Positions 10,901-20,070 of a stretch of 64,000 bases of DNA are shown here, one piece after another; within the stretch, counting starts at the first letter, position 1; every line of letters begins with the position of its first letter. This stretch comes from a virus (Duplodnaviria; Caudoviricetes): the IMG/VR virus record IMGVR_UViG_2639762784_000001, positions 21,285-85,284 of that record; one strand, 5' to 3'. Under the pieces are notes generated by a model. The model saw nothing but the letters and a program-made list of their open reading frames with translations. It was not told the DNA's origin and ran no database searches. The position numbers and the translations under genes were made by a program.

Positions 10901-12354
10901 CGGTCACCACCACCTTCTACGAGCGGCACATCGTCTCCAGCACCGGTGAGGCCCGCTCCCGCACCAAACTGCGACCCGGGTCGTACGCCGACGGTGCGGT
11001 GGTCGACTACTACGCCGATGGTGGCTTCAGCCCCCGAGTCCGAGCGTTCGCGAACGGCGCGGAGAACCACATCGCGCAGATCGCCCGCCCCGGAGCGTGG
11101 CGGATGTGGGCCGAACCGGAGACCGGCGGCGAGGCGTACATCCCGCTCGCCCTGTCCAAGCGGGAACGCTCCCGCGCCATCGCCGAGGAGACCATCCGCC
11201 GCCTCGGCGGCGACCCGGACACGGTCCAGTGGAACGCCAACGGATCCATCACCGACTGGCGCTACGACCCCGCCTCCGGGTCCCTGTACTCGCCGTCCGA
11301 CGCCGGGTCGGCGGGCCGGAAGACGAAGAACGTGAAGGGCAAGGAAGTCTCCTACTTCGACCTTGGGGCGGTGGAGCGGAAGCTGGTGTCCGCGGGGCGC
11401 GCCACGGCCGCATGGAACCGCAACCTGGAGAAAGTCGCCGAACTCGCCGGCGGGGACGTCGCCCAGGCCCTCGCGTCGATGGGTAAGGAAGGCGAGGGCC
11501 TGGCCAGGAAGATGGCCACCGGGTCGAAGAAGTACATCGCGCAGATGAGCATCGCGCTGCGCGACCTTCAGAAGACGGCGCGGGCCACCCTCGGCGACTA
11601 CAGCGTCCAGTTGAACCACGCCATGGGGAACCAGGACCTGTTCGTGAAGAACCTGTCCAAGCTGTCCGCGCAGGGGTACGGCGACCTTGCCGGGCAGCTC
11701 GCCGCGCAGAACGACCAGGCGGCCCGTGAATTGGCCGCGGCGGCGGTGAGCGACAAGAAGAAGGCAGGCAAGGCCAACACTGCGGCGAAGCGCGCAAACA
11801 ACGCCCTGACCGGCGAGCAGGTGCGGGACCTGGTGCAGATCATCGCCGCGATCAGGAAGCCAACCACCGGCATCCACGACGTGGCAGCCGCTACCGGTCT
11901 GGGTGAGGACGTCATCATCGAGATCGCGACCAAGGCTCAGGGGCAGATCCAGACCGCCCTCGGCTCCCGGTCGGGCCGTTTCATTGCCGACCTGCGGAAG
12001 GCGAACGCGCACCAGGCGTATGCGGACGGCGGTATCCGCGCCGGCATGTACGCCACCCGCGACGGGATCATCCGCTTCGCGGAACCGGAGACCGGCGGGG
12101 AGGCGTACCTGCCGCTGTCCCCGTCCAAGCGCCGCACCGCGCTGCCCGTCCTCCACGACGTCGCCACCCGCTTCGGGCTGGGCCTGACCGACGCGCGTGC
12201 CACCCAGCCGGTCGTCATCGTCCACGAGTCCAGCCCCACCACCGTCCAGGTCACCGCCGTGCGTACCGGGGCGTCCGCATCCGACATCGGAGCCCAGGTC
12301 GGCCGCAGTGTCCGCCGCGCGCGTAGGGGAGGGGTGGCCGCCCGTGCCGCTTGA
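7999..12354 (+). CDS. Tape measure protein
   Basis: 1451 aa, Ala-rich helical with hydrophobic segments; two AEPETGGEAY motifs; canonical position. Confidence 0.92.
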   Translation: MSEWNLSVRLTGQGSDLARTLRSLSHDANNASRNVQALRRNLQQLRRETRNPIRVRLDVDAAHLRSAGAGQGLAVNLRLGNAMQLRREVEDAVRWATWGHRIEIPIGLADPMQLRRDVTAAVRWAQDNQRIRLRVDADTSALRGLGGTLGGGSGSSSGGLDIGLAGLLPIATAAIPLIAGLSTSLGPLAAGFTASGTAATAFGIALAGQIGPLTEVADAQTKYEEAVREHGRSSGEATEAQIKYQQILAELPPEAQQAAMAISRLKTNFGDWSDEMSGFTMAPLTKGITVLDQLIPRLTPHVKSASTQLDRLVTVAGGAINTPGFDAMTAKFADFTDRQLDEMTDGVIHFLRVLSEGGAFQDGPIAEFMAYARANGPAAREALSAISAAVVTLLRAAAEAGPTMLTLVTAFANLVAALPPELVGIILQVATALKLLQLTGAGMAVLAAGLGRVRTAVAALGTTAATAGGGIAGLRAAFLSLGLAARASIVIAGIAAVVVIFKELSEIGKQAPPDVDKLTTSLGKLGQTGKVAGEASRAFGKDLGGLADSLRTLSRPSNLDKTQQFLTSLVGMDSTPVKEAKEDLDAVDKSLSNLVKAGKGDIAAAAFERIAAAMRKQGMSGKELREQLDDYKSALADQAFEAELAAQSMGMFGQAAQETSAKLADQKASADGLRQSIIALNDVNRAAGSAMSAFEQSIDDTTKAIKEHAGALKMRDGELDLGSQKARDAEAVLSDLAANTDAAAAAAREQGKSWEYVSGIQERGRAAFIDAADAMGLSKAQAEALADSYLAIPDEKSTRIDMRTEDAIAGLDAVIAAIEETPDKKSVTVDALTTQAVTMLESLGFKVTELKDGRFKVIAETGTAGSALDELKGRRDGLQDKTITIDAATVGAITDLEKIKAKVASTNGKTITMKAPTAEARRQLELLGFKIRDTKGKNVTITVPTGSQRANVSALASAIAGLRNKSVTVTTTFYERHIVSSTGEARSRTKLRPGSYADGAVVDYYADGGFSPRVRAFANGAENHIAQIARPGAWRMWAEPETGGEAYIPLALSKRERSRAIAEETIRRLGGDPDTVQWNANGSITDWRYDPASGSLYSPSDAGSAGRKTKNVKGKEVSYFDLGAVERKLVSAGRATAAWNRNLEKVAELAGGDVAQALASMGKEGEGLARKMATGSKKYIAQMSIALRDLQKTARATLGDYSVQLNHAMGNQDLFVKNLSKLSAQGYGDLAGQLAAQNDQAARELAAAAVSDKKKAGKANTAAKRANNALTGEQVRDLVQIIAAIRKPTTGIHDVAAATGLGEDVIIEIATKAQGQIQTALGSRSGRFIADLRKANAHQAYADGGIRAGMYATRDGIIRFAEPETGGEAYLPLSPSKRRTALPVLHDVATRFGLGLTDARATQPVVIVHESSPTTVQVTAVRTGASASDIGAQVGRSVRRARRGGVAARAA

Positions 12355-13243
12355 TCTGATCGACTGGCAGTACGACCTGGGTGGTGTCCTCATCGGCACC
12401 GGCACCACGGTGGACGTCATCGAGACGACCGGCCTGGGCCGCCCCCCGGTACGGGAGTCCGATGTCGACCAGCCGTCCATGGACGGCCAGTTCGCCGGCC
12501 CCGACCACTGGGCAGGTCGGCAGGTCCAGATCGATGCCGCCATCCGCACCCCCGGCAGCCCGGCCGCCTGCCACGACATGGTCGCCGCGCTTCAGGCCGT
12601 CACCGACCCGGCCGACGTCCGGCTGGTGGGCGGGCAGGGCATGGTGCTGCGCATCAAGCGGCCCGGACGGCCGGTGAAAAGACTCACCGTGCGCGCCCGG
12701 AGGGTGGATCCCGAGTACGGGCAGGTCATTCACGGCTACGTGCCCCTGGACCTCGAGTTTTTGGCCCACGACCCGACCTTCTACGCCGACGAGGAATCCA
12801 CCACCGAACTCCCGTTGGGCTGGCTGGCAGGTGGCGGATTCGCTGCGCCGGTGGTCGCGCCGGTCTATGTGCAGGACGGGACGGTGGCCGCGGACCGGCC
12901 CGGCTGGGTCACCAACGCCGGCAGCGCGGACGCCTGGCCCATCCTGCGCGTGATGGGGCCGTGCGCGAATGTGACCATCACCCACGTCGCCTCCGGACGC
13001 GCCCTGGCCCTGCCCACGCTGAACCTGGCGGCTGGCCGCTGGGTGGAGATCGACACCCGCCCGGGTTATCGCACCGTCACCTGGGACAACGGCGGCAACG
13101 CCTCCACCTACCTGTCCCCGAGCAGCCGCATCGACCTGTTCTCCATCCCCCCGGGGACGTCGGAGATGCGGTGGACCGCCTTCGACAACACGAACTCCGG
13201 CCGCCTCCGCGTCACCTGGCGCGACGCCTACATAGCCCTCTAG
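12344..13243 (+). CDS. Distal tail (Dit)-like protein
   Basis: Follows tape measure; FLAHDPTFY, NAGSADAWP and LAAGRWVEIDT motifs. Confidence 0.78.
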   Translation: MPLDLIDWQYDLGGVLIGTGTTVDVIETTGLGRPPVRESDVDQPSMDGQFAGPDHWAGRQVQIDAAIRTPGSPAACHDMVAALQAVTDPADVRLVGGQGMVLRIKRPGRPVKRLTVRARRVDPEYGQVIHGYVPLDLEFLAHDPTFYADEESTTELPLGWLAGGGFAAPVVAPVYVQDGTVAADRPGWVTNAGSADAWPILRVMGPCANVTITHVASGRALALPTLNLAAGRWVEIDTRPGYRTVTWDNGGNASTYLSPSSRIDLFSIPPGTSEMRWTAFDNTNSGRLRVTWRDAYIAL

Positions 13244-13253
13244 GAGAGCCGAC

Positions 13254-14189
13254 ATGGCACTGTTTGCACGGCCCATCCTCACCAACGGGGCCACCCACCC
13301 GGCGCAGCAATTCCGCATGCTGGTGCGGGACCTCGCCAACGGCGCGGAGGGCGTCACCCAGGGCGACGACCTGAAAGTGGCCCAACGTTCCACCCCCGGT
13401 AGTGGTGTGACGATCGGCGACGGCTCCGGGATCGTCCGCGGCCGCGCCAACACGTTCCAGGGCCACTACGCGGTGTGCAACATCGGAGCCGCTGACGTGC
13501 CGGTAGCGGCAACAGGGGGAACCGGACGATCCGACATGATCATTGTTCGGGTGGAGGACCCCGAATACGAGGGCAGCCTGGACCCGCAGGTCGATCAGGT
13601 CACCTACTTCGACGTCATCTCCAACGTGTCCGCCTCCGCCACGGTCATCCCCGACGGGCGCACCGGCATCCCCCTGGCCCGGATCGACATCCCCGCCTCC
13701 ACCAGCACCATCACCAACGCGATGATCACCGACCTGCGGAAGATCGCAAACCCGCGCCGCCAGCGCCGCATGTACACCCACTCACCGGCCAGCGACTCCA
13801 GCCTGATCGGCTCCTCCACCACCTACTCCTACTTCTCCACCGAAGCCGGGCAGAACATCGCCATCCCCGACTGGGCCACCACCGCCCGGATCCGCGTCGA
13901 CGTCTGCCCGCTGCGCTACAGCGTCGACAACTACTTCGGCGCCCTGCGCGCCACCTTCGGCTCCTCCCTGACCCTCCAGTTCACGTCCCTCGACGACAAC
14001 CAGGGGACCGGCATCCGCAAAATTCCCGCGATCGTCGCCGACACCCTCACCATCCCCTCCTCCTACCGCGGCACCACCCAGCTGCTGCGCGCACAGGCCA
14101 ACGGCGCCTCCGGCAACGGCGGACGGATCAACGTCACCACCAGCACGACGTTCGTGTACGACGTGGAGTTCGAGGAGGCTCCCAGGTGA
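13254..14189 (+). CDS. Minor tail / baseplate protein
   Basis: AGGAG RBS; RSDMIIVRVEDPEYEG..IPLARIDIPAST..ITDLRKIA motif of actinophage minor tail proteins. Confidence 0.72.
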   Translation: MALFARPILTNGATHPAQQFRMLVRDLANGAEGVTQGDDLKVAQRSTPGSGVTIGDGSGIVRGRANTFQGHYAVCNIGAADVPVAATGGTGRSDMIIVRVEDPEYEGSLDPQVDQVTYFDVISNVSASATVIPDGRTGIPLARIDIPASTSTITNAMITDLRKIANPRRQRRMYTHSPASDSSLIGSSTTYSYFSTEAGQNIAIPDWATTARIRVDVCPLRYSVDNYFGALRATFGSSLTLQFTSLDDNQGTGIRKIPAIVADTLTIPSSYRGTTQLLRAQANGASGNGGRINVTTSTTFVYDVEFEEAPR

Positions 14190-15289
14190 GCGTCGCGCCA
14201 CCGGCCAGGGTCCTCACCCGGCACGCTCTCACCGGTGCCTGGCTGTCGACCGCGCTACCGGTCACGGATCTGGAGTACGGGCCGGAAGTGTCCGGGCCCG
14301 GCGAACTGCGCGGCACCCTCTCCCCGCGGCTGGTCGCCTCCCATCCGACACTGGCCGACCCGGGCACCACGGAAATCTATGTGGAGGCCGAGGACCAGCT
14401 GGAGTGGGGCGGCCTGATCTGGGACGTCCGCGCACAGGGCAACAACTACACGATCGAGGCCGCGTCCTGGTCGTCGTACCTGCAGAAGCGTTTCGACCTG
14501 GACGGGGAGCACGGAGCCCGCGGCCCCTACGTGTATACAGACCGCTGCCAGGTCATCCGCAACATTTGGGCGTACGCGCAGTCCGTCCCCGACGGCGACA
14601 TAGGCGTGGTCGTCGACTCCACCACCAGCACCTCTACGGTCGGCACACCGGCCGACGTCCACCACTCCTACTGGTACGACACCAAGAGCCTCGGGGACCA
14701 GGTCGACGAGCTTGTCTCCGACCAGGGGACCCCCGAATACACGTGCACCACGTCCTGGAACCCCGACAAGAGCGACGTCGTGAAGCGGATCCGGCTGGGC
14801 TGGCCGCGTCTCGGTGCCCGACGCAGAGACATCGAATTCTCGTCCGGCGTGAACATCATCGAGGAGCCCGAGGAAGCCCTAGCCGGGGACGACTACGCGC
14901 AGGTCGTCATCGGCACCGGCGCGGGCGACGGCAGCGCGAAACTCAGGCAGATCTCCGCCGTCCGCAACGGCCGGCTCCGCCTCGAGGCGGCCGTCGCCTT
15001 CCCTGAAGTCAACGGCACCGACGTCCTCAAACAGCGGGTGGAGTGGGAACGCGCGTGGCGGCAGACCCTGGGCGCGGTCGAGACGGTCACGATCCGCGAC
15101 ACCCCCGCCGCACCGTTCGGGTCGTGGCAGGTGGGTGACGACGTGTACGTCCGCATCCACAACGCCTGGACCAGCTACACCGGCTGGTGCCGGGTCACCG
15201 GCTGGACCATCAAGCCCACCGCGCCCGGCGGCCCGCAAGCACAGGTCTCCCTGAAACCGTCCGCAATGTACACCTACGGAGGTCAGTAA
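14186..15289 (+). CDS. Minor tail / baseplate hub protein
   Basis: GTGA overlap; WGGLIW and GSWQVGDDV motifs. Confidence 0.72.
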   Translation: MSVAPPARVLTRHALTGAWLSTALPVTDLEYGPEVSGPGELRGTLSPRLVASHPTLADPGTTEIYVEAEDQLEWGGLIWDVRAQGNNYTIEAASWSSYLQKRFDLDGEHGARGPYVYTDRCQVIRNIWAYAQSVPDGDIGVVVDSTTSTSTVGTPADVHHSYWYDTKSLGDQVDELVSDQGTPEYTCTTSWNPDKSDVVKRIRLGWPRLGARRRDIEFSSGVNIIEEPEEALAGDDYAQVVIGTGAGDGSAKLRQISAVRNGRLRLEAAVAFPEVNGTDVLKQRVEWERAWRQTLGAVETVTIRDTPAAPFGSWQVGDDVYVRIHNAWTSYTGWCRVTGWTIKPTAPGGPQAQVSLKPSAMYTYGGQ

Positions 15290-16773
15290 TGGACATCGGG
15301 CGGAAACTCGCCGAACTCGAGGCGCGCCTGAACCGGGTGGAGGGCTCCCCACGCCTCTCCCATGCCGCACTCGACAACGCCAACATCGTCATCAAGGACG
15401 ATGCCGGGCAGGTGCGGGGCCGGATCGGGATGCAGGACGACGGCACCATCGGCCTGATCGCCGTGGACGGGCCCGCACCCGGCGCCCCGAACACGCCCGT
15501 GGTCACCTCCACCATCGGCGGCCTACGGATCGTGTGGGACGGCACCCTCGCCTCCGGCCTGGCCCTGCCCGCCGACTTCGCTCACGTCGCCGTCCACGTC
15601 TCCACCACCGCCGACTTCACCCCATCAGCGGGCACCTACGTCGGCACCATCACCAAGGCCGGAGACGGCGGCATGCTGCCCGTCCTACCCCTGCCGTACG
15701 TGCCGCACTACGTCCGCCTCACCGCAGTCAACACCTCCGGCGTAGCGGGGGACCCATCGCAGGAGACCACCGCGACCCCCATCAAGGTCGACGGCCCGGA
15801 CCTCCAGGCCGGATCGGTCACCGCCACCACCATCGAAGCTGGCGCCGTCACCGCGGAGAAACTGGAGGCGGTCCTCCAACTCGTCACCCGCCTGGTAGCC
15901 GGCGACCCGGCCGGCGCCCGCGTGGAACTCAACGAGGACGGGCTACGCGTCTACAACAGCCTGGGTGGGCTGGTGATCCAGTTCAACTCCGCCGACGGTT
16001 CCGCCGCCTTCACCGGCGCCATCACTGGTAGCACCGTCACCGGCGGACTCATCCAGACCGCCACCAGCGGTGAACGGATCGCCATCAACGAGTCCGGGAA
16101 CAACCGAATCCTGGTTTACGACAGCGCCAACAAGGCGGTCGCGTCACTCACCCCCGGCGGTATCGGCCTGGCAGGTCCCACTGGGAACGCCATGTCCATC
16201 AGCCCTGCGACCACCTATCCGTCCATCCGATGGCTGAACGCCGCCCAGGACAAAACTGCGCGTATCCAGGTCCTCACCTCGGCGGCCGGGGACCTCAACC
16301 TGCAACTCCAGAACAGCATCGGCCACTCCCTGTACCTGCTGGAGAACCGTATCTACGTCGGTGGCACCACCCTGCAAGTGCTGCCCGCCGCCAGCGCCTC
16401 CAGCGGCTTCTACCTGGAGGCCGAGACCGGCCACACCGGGCACCTGTTCCGCCTGGTCCGTGACGGCGACAAGTTCACCGTCGACAAGGACGGCAACACG
16501 ACCACCCCCGGCAGCCTGACCGCCGGGAACATCACCACAGGCCGCATCTCGATCACCCCTAGTGCCGCAAACGCGCCCACCTCCGCCAGCGTCAGCGGCC
16601 TGAACATCAAGGGCAGCACGATCCGGGTCGTGGCCACCCCCTCCACCTCCGTCCCCGGCACCTCGGTTCTCGGGGTCGGCGTCACCAACGTCACCACCAC
16701 AGGTTTCACCGTATGGCTGACCCGCACCAACACTGCCTCCACCGGAATCGACTGGATAGCGATCGGATCATGA
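15289..16773 (+). CDS. Tail fibre / receptor-binding protein
   Basis: FN3-like segment, GAVTAEKL fibre repeats, C-terminal TTTGFTV..IDWIAIG tip (H-type lectin/gp53-like). Confidence 0.72.
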   Translation: MDIGRKLAELEARLNRVEGSPRLSHAALDNANIVIKDDAGQVRGRIGMQDDGTIGLIAVDGPAPGAPNTPVVTSTIGGLRIVWDGTLASGLALPADFAHVAVHVSTTADFTPSAGTYVGTITKAGDGGMLPVLPLPYVPHYVRLTAVNTSGVAGDPSQETTATPIKVDGPDLQAGSVTATTIEAGAVTAEKLEAVLQLVTRLVAGDPAGARVELNEDGLRVYNSLGGLVIQFNSADGSAAFTGAITGSTVTGGLIQTATSGERIAINESGNNRILVYDSANKAVASLTPGGIGLAGPTGNAMSISPATTYPSIRWLNAAQDKTARIQVLTSAAGDLNLQLQNSIGHSLYLLENRIYVGGTTLQVLPAASASSGFYLEAETGHTGHLFRLVRDGDKFTVDKDGNTTTPGSLTAGNITTGRISITPSAANAPTSASVSGLNIKGSTIRVVATPSTSVPGTSVLGVGVTNVTTTGFTVWLTRTNTASTGIDWIAIGS

Positions 16774-17138
16774 CCACAGAGGCCGAACCCACGCCCGAGT
16801 CCGAGCCCAACCCCATCGAGCCCACCCCGCTGCCTGAGGAGCCGCCCCCTCCACCGCCGGACGAGGTGCCGCCGCCGCCTGCCCCGGAGCCGCCGCCCGC
16901 TCCCGACATGCCCACCACGCCGATCACCTTTGAGCCGGCCACCTACTACGAGGTCGACTCCGTCTGCCTGACTGCGGACAGGGGTGATGGCGAGCCGTGC
17001 CGCAATCTAAACGTGACCGCGACGGATCCGATGGTGTACTCCAACGCTGGGAAGCCGATCATTTTCTGCGGCGTGTGCTCCAAGTACCGGACCATCCTGT
17101 CCGCGACCAAGCTGGACCCGCAGCCCGAGGTGTCGTAA
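16770..17138 (+). CDS. Pro-rich, Cys-containing tail-associated protein
   Basis: ATGA overlap; Pro/Glu-rich N-terminus; C..C..CGVC. Confidence 0.6.
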   Translation: MTTEAEPTPESEPNPIEPTPLPEEPPPPPPDEVPPPPAPEPPPAPDMPTTPITFEPATYYEVDSVCLTADRGDGEPCRNLNVTATDPMVYSNAGKPIIFCGVCSKYRTILSATKLDPQPEVS

Positions 17139-17155
17139 CCCGCTGTCGGCCCGGA

Positions 17156-17187
17156 GCCGGGCGGGGGCAACGTCTGCCCCGCCCGGC
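17156..17187 (+). terminator. Hairpin between tail and lysis genes
   Basis: GCCGGGCGGGG / CCCCGCCCGGC inverted repeat. Confidence 0.5.
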
Positions 17188-17310
17188 CCGTAGCCTGACC
17201 ACAGGGCGACCCTCCGCCCCCTCTGCTCCAGCCCCCGAGGGACGGCCGCACGCAGTGGCCCGCCACAGCATCATCAGCTCTGGGCGCGGGGAGATCCAGG
17301 AGCACGGGCA

Positions 17311-17694
17311 ATGCCCGATCCGATCACACAACAGGACGAGCAGACGGCTGCCCGGAAGAAGACCGCTCCCGCCCCGGAGCCCTCCCCGGCCCCCAGCCCC
17401 GACACCACCGTCGTCGACACGGCACGGTACGAGCCGTACCCCGGCGCCGCGTTCTTCCACGGCGGCCGACACTCACCCCTCTTCGCGGCGATGGCCCGAC
17501 GCCTCGATGCCGAAGGCTGCACCGACGGCCGCCACCTCGGACCGGACTGGACGACCGCCCACCGCGACGCGTTCGCCACCTGGCAGCGCACCCTGCGCCC
17601 CAAGGAGGGCGGCGACGTGTCCGGCATCCCCGACCAGGTCGCCTGGGACCGACTCCACGTCCCGCGCATCACACCCCTTCCCAAGGAGACCTGA
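17311..17694 (+). CDS. Stand-alone peptidoglycan-binding domain protein
   Basis: YEPYPGAAFF..GPDWT..FATWQR..GIPDQVAWDRLHVP resembles Streptomyces PG-binding modules. Confidence 0.7.
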   Translation: MPDPITQQDEQTAARKKTAPAPEPSPAPSPDTTVVDTARYEPYPGAAFFHGGRHSPLFAAMARRLDAEGCTDGRHLGPDWTTAHRDAFATWQRTLRPKEGGDVSGIPDQVAWDRLHVPRITPLPKET

Positions 17695-17695
17695 G

Positions 17696-18673
17696 ATGGC
17701 CACCCCGCTGTCCGCCACAAAGCTTCTCGCCGTACTCAAGGCCGAGGGCTGCAAGGTTGTCGAGTACCGGTCTTGGCGTACCCACAACCGCAACTCCAAG
17801 GGCGCCTGGGGTCCCGTCAACGGTGTCATGATCCACCACACCGTTTCATCAGGCGAAGACTCATCCGTCGCGCTCTGCTACAACGGGCACACCCTCCTGC
17901 CCGGACCGCTCTGCCACACCGTCGGGGGCAAGTCCGGAAAGCTGTACATGGTCTCCGCAGGCCGCGCCAACCACGCCGGCTCCGGCGACGGCGACGTACT
18001 GCGCGCCGTCATCAACGAAACCGCACTGCCCGCAGACAACCAGGCCAACACCGACGGGAACTCCCGCTTCTACGGCCTGGAGATCGTCAACCTCGGCAAC
18101 GGCAAGGACACCTACCCCGCCACCCAGTACGACGCCGCAGTCCGGTGGGCCGCCGCGATCTGCCGCGCCCACGGCTGGGGCGCCGCATCGGTCATCGGCC
18201 ATAAGGAGTGGCAGCCCGGAAAGATCGACCCCCACGGGCCTGTCGAGGGCCGCGGCCCCTTCAACATGACCGCCTTCCGCCGCGACGTCGCCGAACGGCT
18301 GAAGAACGCGGCCTCCTGGAGCTCCGGCTCCACCCCGAGCACGCCCGACACCGCGGAGGACCCCATGGCAGGGATGACCAAGCAGGACATCTACGAAGCG
18401 GTGTGGAGGACGGACGCCATCACCGCGCCCGCCACGGCCACAGACCGCGCCACGAACAAGACATGGGAGCCGCAGTCTTACCTCAAGGACATCGGCAACC
18501 GGGTCAGGTCGATGGACAGCCGTCTCGCCGCCCAGTCCGCCGCGATCACCGAGCTGACGAGGACCGTCACCCAACTCGCCACCAACAGCGAGTCCCTCGA
18601 CGCCGACGCGCTCGTCCACCGCATCGAGCAGGCCATCGAAGCCATCGACATCCGCCTCGAAGTCACCAGCTGA
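17696..18673 (+). CDS. Endolysin, N-acetylmuramoyl-L-alanine amidase (Amidase_2)
   Basis: GVMIHHT, RANHAG, YGLEIVN and VIGHKEW..KIDP zinc-amidase motifs. Confidence 0.9.
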   Translation: MATPLSATKLLAVLKAEGCKVVEYRSWRTHNRNSKGAWGPVNGVMIHHTVSSGEDSSVALCYNGHTLLPGPLCHTVGGKSGKLYMVSAGRANHAGSGDGDVLRAVINETALPADNQANTDGNSRFYGLEIVNLGNGKDTYPATQYDAAVRWAAAICRAHGWGAASVIGHKEWQPGKIDPHGPVEGRGPFNMTAFRRDVAERLKNAASWSSGSTPSTPDTAEDPMAGMTKQDIYEAVWRTDAITAPATATDRATNKTWEPQSYLKDIGNRVRSMDSRLAAQSAAITELTRTVTQLATNSESLDADALVHRIEQAIEAIDIRLEVTS

Positions 18674-18700
18674 CCATCCCAGAAGAAACGAGACCTTCTC

Positions 18701-19081
18701 ATGAGACTCATTGCCCGCGAACCCGCCCTGCTCCTGGGCCTCATCGCCGCCGGCGTCAAGCTCCTCGGCTACGAACTCGACGTGTCCGCCGGAGTCCAGA
18801 CCGCCATCAACGCCATCGCCGCCGGTGTCGTCGCCGTCATCATCGCGTTCGTCGCGAAGAACGGCGCCTGGGCTGCCGCGGTTCTCCAGACCGCGCAGGC
18901 CGTCATGGCTTTGTTCGTCGGCCTGGGGCTCGACTGGTCCGCCGGCCGGCAGGCCCTGTGGATGGCGTCCATCGCCGCAGTGCTGGCTGTCGTGGAGCGG
19001 TTCATGGTCACCCCGCCGCTGGCGACCACCGGCCTCGAGCAGTCCAGCCCGCTCGCCAAGCGCGGCCCGACCGCGGTCTGA
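18701..19081 (+). CDS. Holin-like membrane protein
   Basis: REPALLLG start; about four hydrophobic segments; follows endolysin. Confidence 0.7.
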   Translation: MRLIAREPALLLGLIAAGVKLLGYELDVSAGVQTAINAIAAGVVAVIIAFVAKNGAWAAAVLQTAQAVMALFVGLGLDWSAGRQALWMASIAAVLAVVERFMVTPPLATTGLEQSSPLAKRGPTAV

Positions 19082-19148
19082 ACTGTGACCCTCTGGCGCG
19101 CCGCCCGTCGACTGGCAGCGGCGTCGGCGCGCCACCAGAGGCCAAGGA

Positions 19149-19493
19149 GTGGCACCGGTGAATGAGCTGTCGGCCGTGAGCGTCCTTCTGCCGGGCGGGG
19201 CCGGGGCCATCGTGACTCTCATCGTGCTGCTCATCCTCCGAGGCAGTCTTGTCGCGCGGGCCGTCCTCGAGGACGTCCGCAAGGACCGTGACGACCGCGT
19301 CGCCGAGCTGGCCAAGGAGCGGGATGCGTGGCGGGAGGCGCATCGGCAGAGCGAAGCCGCACGAATCGATGCACAGAACCAGGTCGGTGAACTCCTCGAA
19401 CTGTCGCGGATCGCCGATCACGTTCTTCGCGCTATGAGAGGGGAGGTGCCTGGGGATGCGATGGATCAGCCGGTTGCTGCGCCGCCGTCCTGA
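19149..19493 (+). CDS. Membrane protein with coiled coil (lysis accessory)
   Basis: N-terminal TM segment then charged coiled coil. Confidence 0.6.
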   Translation: MAPVNELSAVSVLLPGGAGAIVTLIVLLILRGSLVARAVLEDVRKDRDDRVAELAKERDAWREAHRQSEAARIDAQNQVGELLELSRIADHVLRAMRGEVPGDAMDQPVAAPPS

Positions 19494-19701
19494 GCCCGCC
19501 CCGCAGCGCCCGAAGTCCACAGGCAAGCCGTCCGGGCAGCGGGAAGCGGAGCTGGCTCTCTCCCGCGCCCGGGAGGCCCGCCGGCAGGTCGAGGCATACC
19601 GTCCGGCCGTCGCGCGGGTCGCCGCGCGTCTCGCGCGTGAGCGTCAACAGAACCATTTCGCGGAGCTGTTTCGGTCCGCCTTGGAGGGAGGTCAGCGCTG
19701 A
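19456..19701 (+). CDS. Small basic protein (lysis cassette)
   Basis: GGAGG upstream; ERQQNHFAELF motif; coupled to next gene. Confidence 0.55.
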   Translation: MRWISRLLRRRPEPAPQRPKSTGKPSGQREAELALSRAREARRQVEAYRPAVARVAARLARERQQNHFAELFRSALEGGQR

Positions 19702-20054
19702 TGAACTGGGCGCAGCTCGCAAACACGGCAGCATCGGGTCTGGTCGCCCTGGCCAGCATGCTCTTTGCTGTCGTCTACCACCTGCACGCACCGTGGCGGT
19801 CCACCGCGGTGGGCCGGCACCTGATGGGCTTCACCCTCGCAATAGGAGCGCTGGGCGCCTACACCGTGGCGATCACGATGTGGCCGGAGGGGGCTCCTGC
19901 CTCGGTGCTGCGAACGATCCGCACCGCGCTGATGGTGGTCATCGCCGCTCTGGTGGTGCAGCGAATCCACATGGTGATCACCGCCCAGCACCGTGGGGCG
20001 CTCCTCGACGCCCACCCCCCTCACGATCAGCCCGGTCCGCCGCCTTCTGCCTGA
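19701..20054 (+). CDS. Putative holin-like membrane protein
   Basis: Three TM segments; PWRSTAVGRHLM motif. Confidence 0.6.
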   Translation: MNWAQLANTAASGLVALASMLFAVVYHLHAPWRSTAVGRHLMGFTLAIGALGAYTVAITMWPEGAPASVLRTIRTALMVVIAALVVQRIHMVITAQHRGALLDAHPPHDQPGPPPSA

Positions 20055-20070
20055 ACTGGAGTACACGCAC

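Noticed and set aside
11100-12120. Duplicated AEPETGGEAY motif in tape measure as a novel feature
   Set aside because: Common C-terminal motif of actinophage tape measure proteins
530-12579. Very long minus-strand ORFs (e.g. 530-2860, 9250-12579)
   Set aside because: Antisense shadows of high-GC3 plus-strand genes; no RBS or motifs
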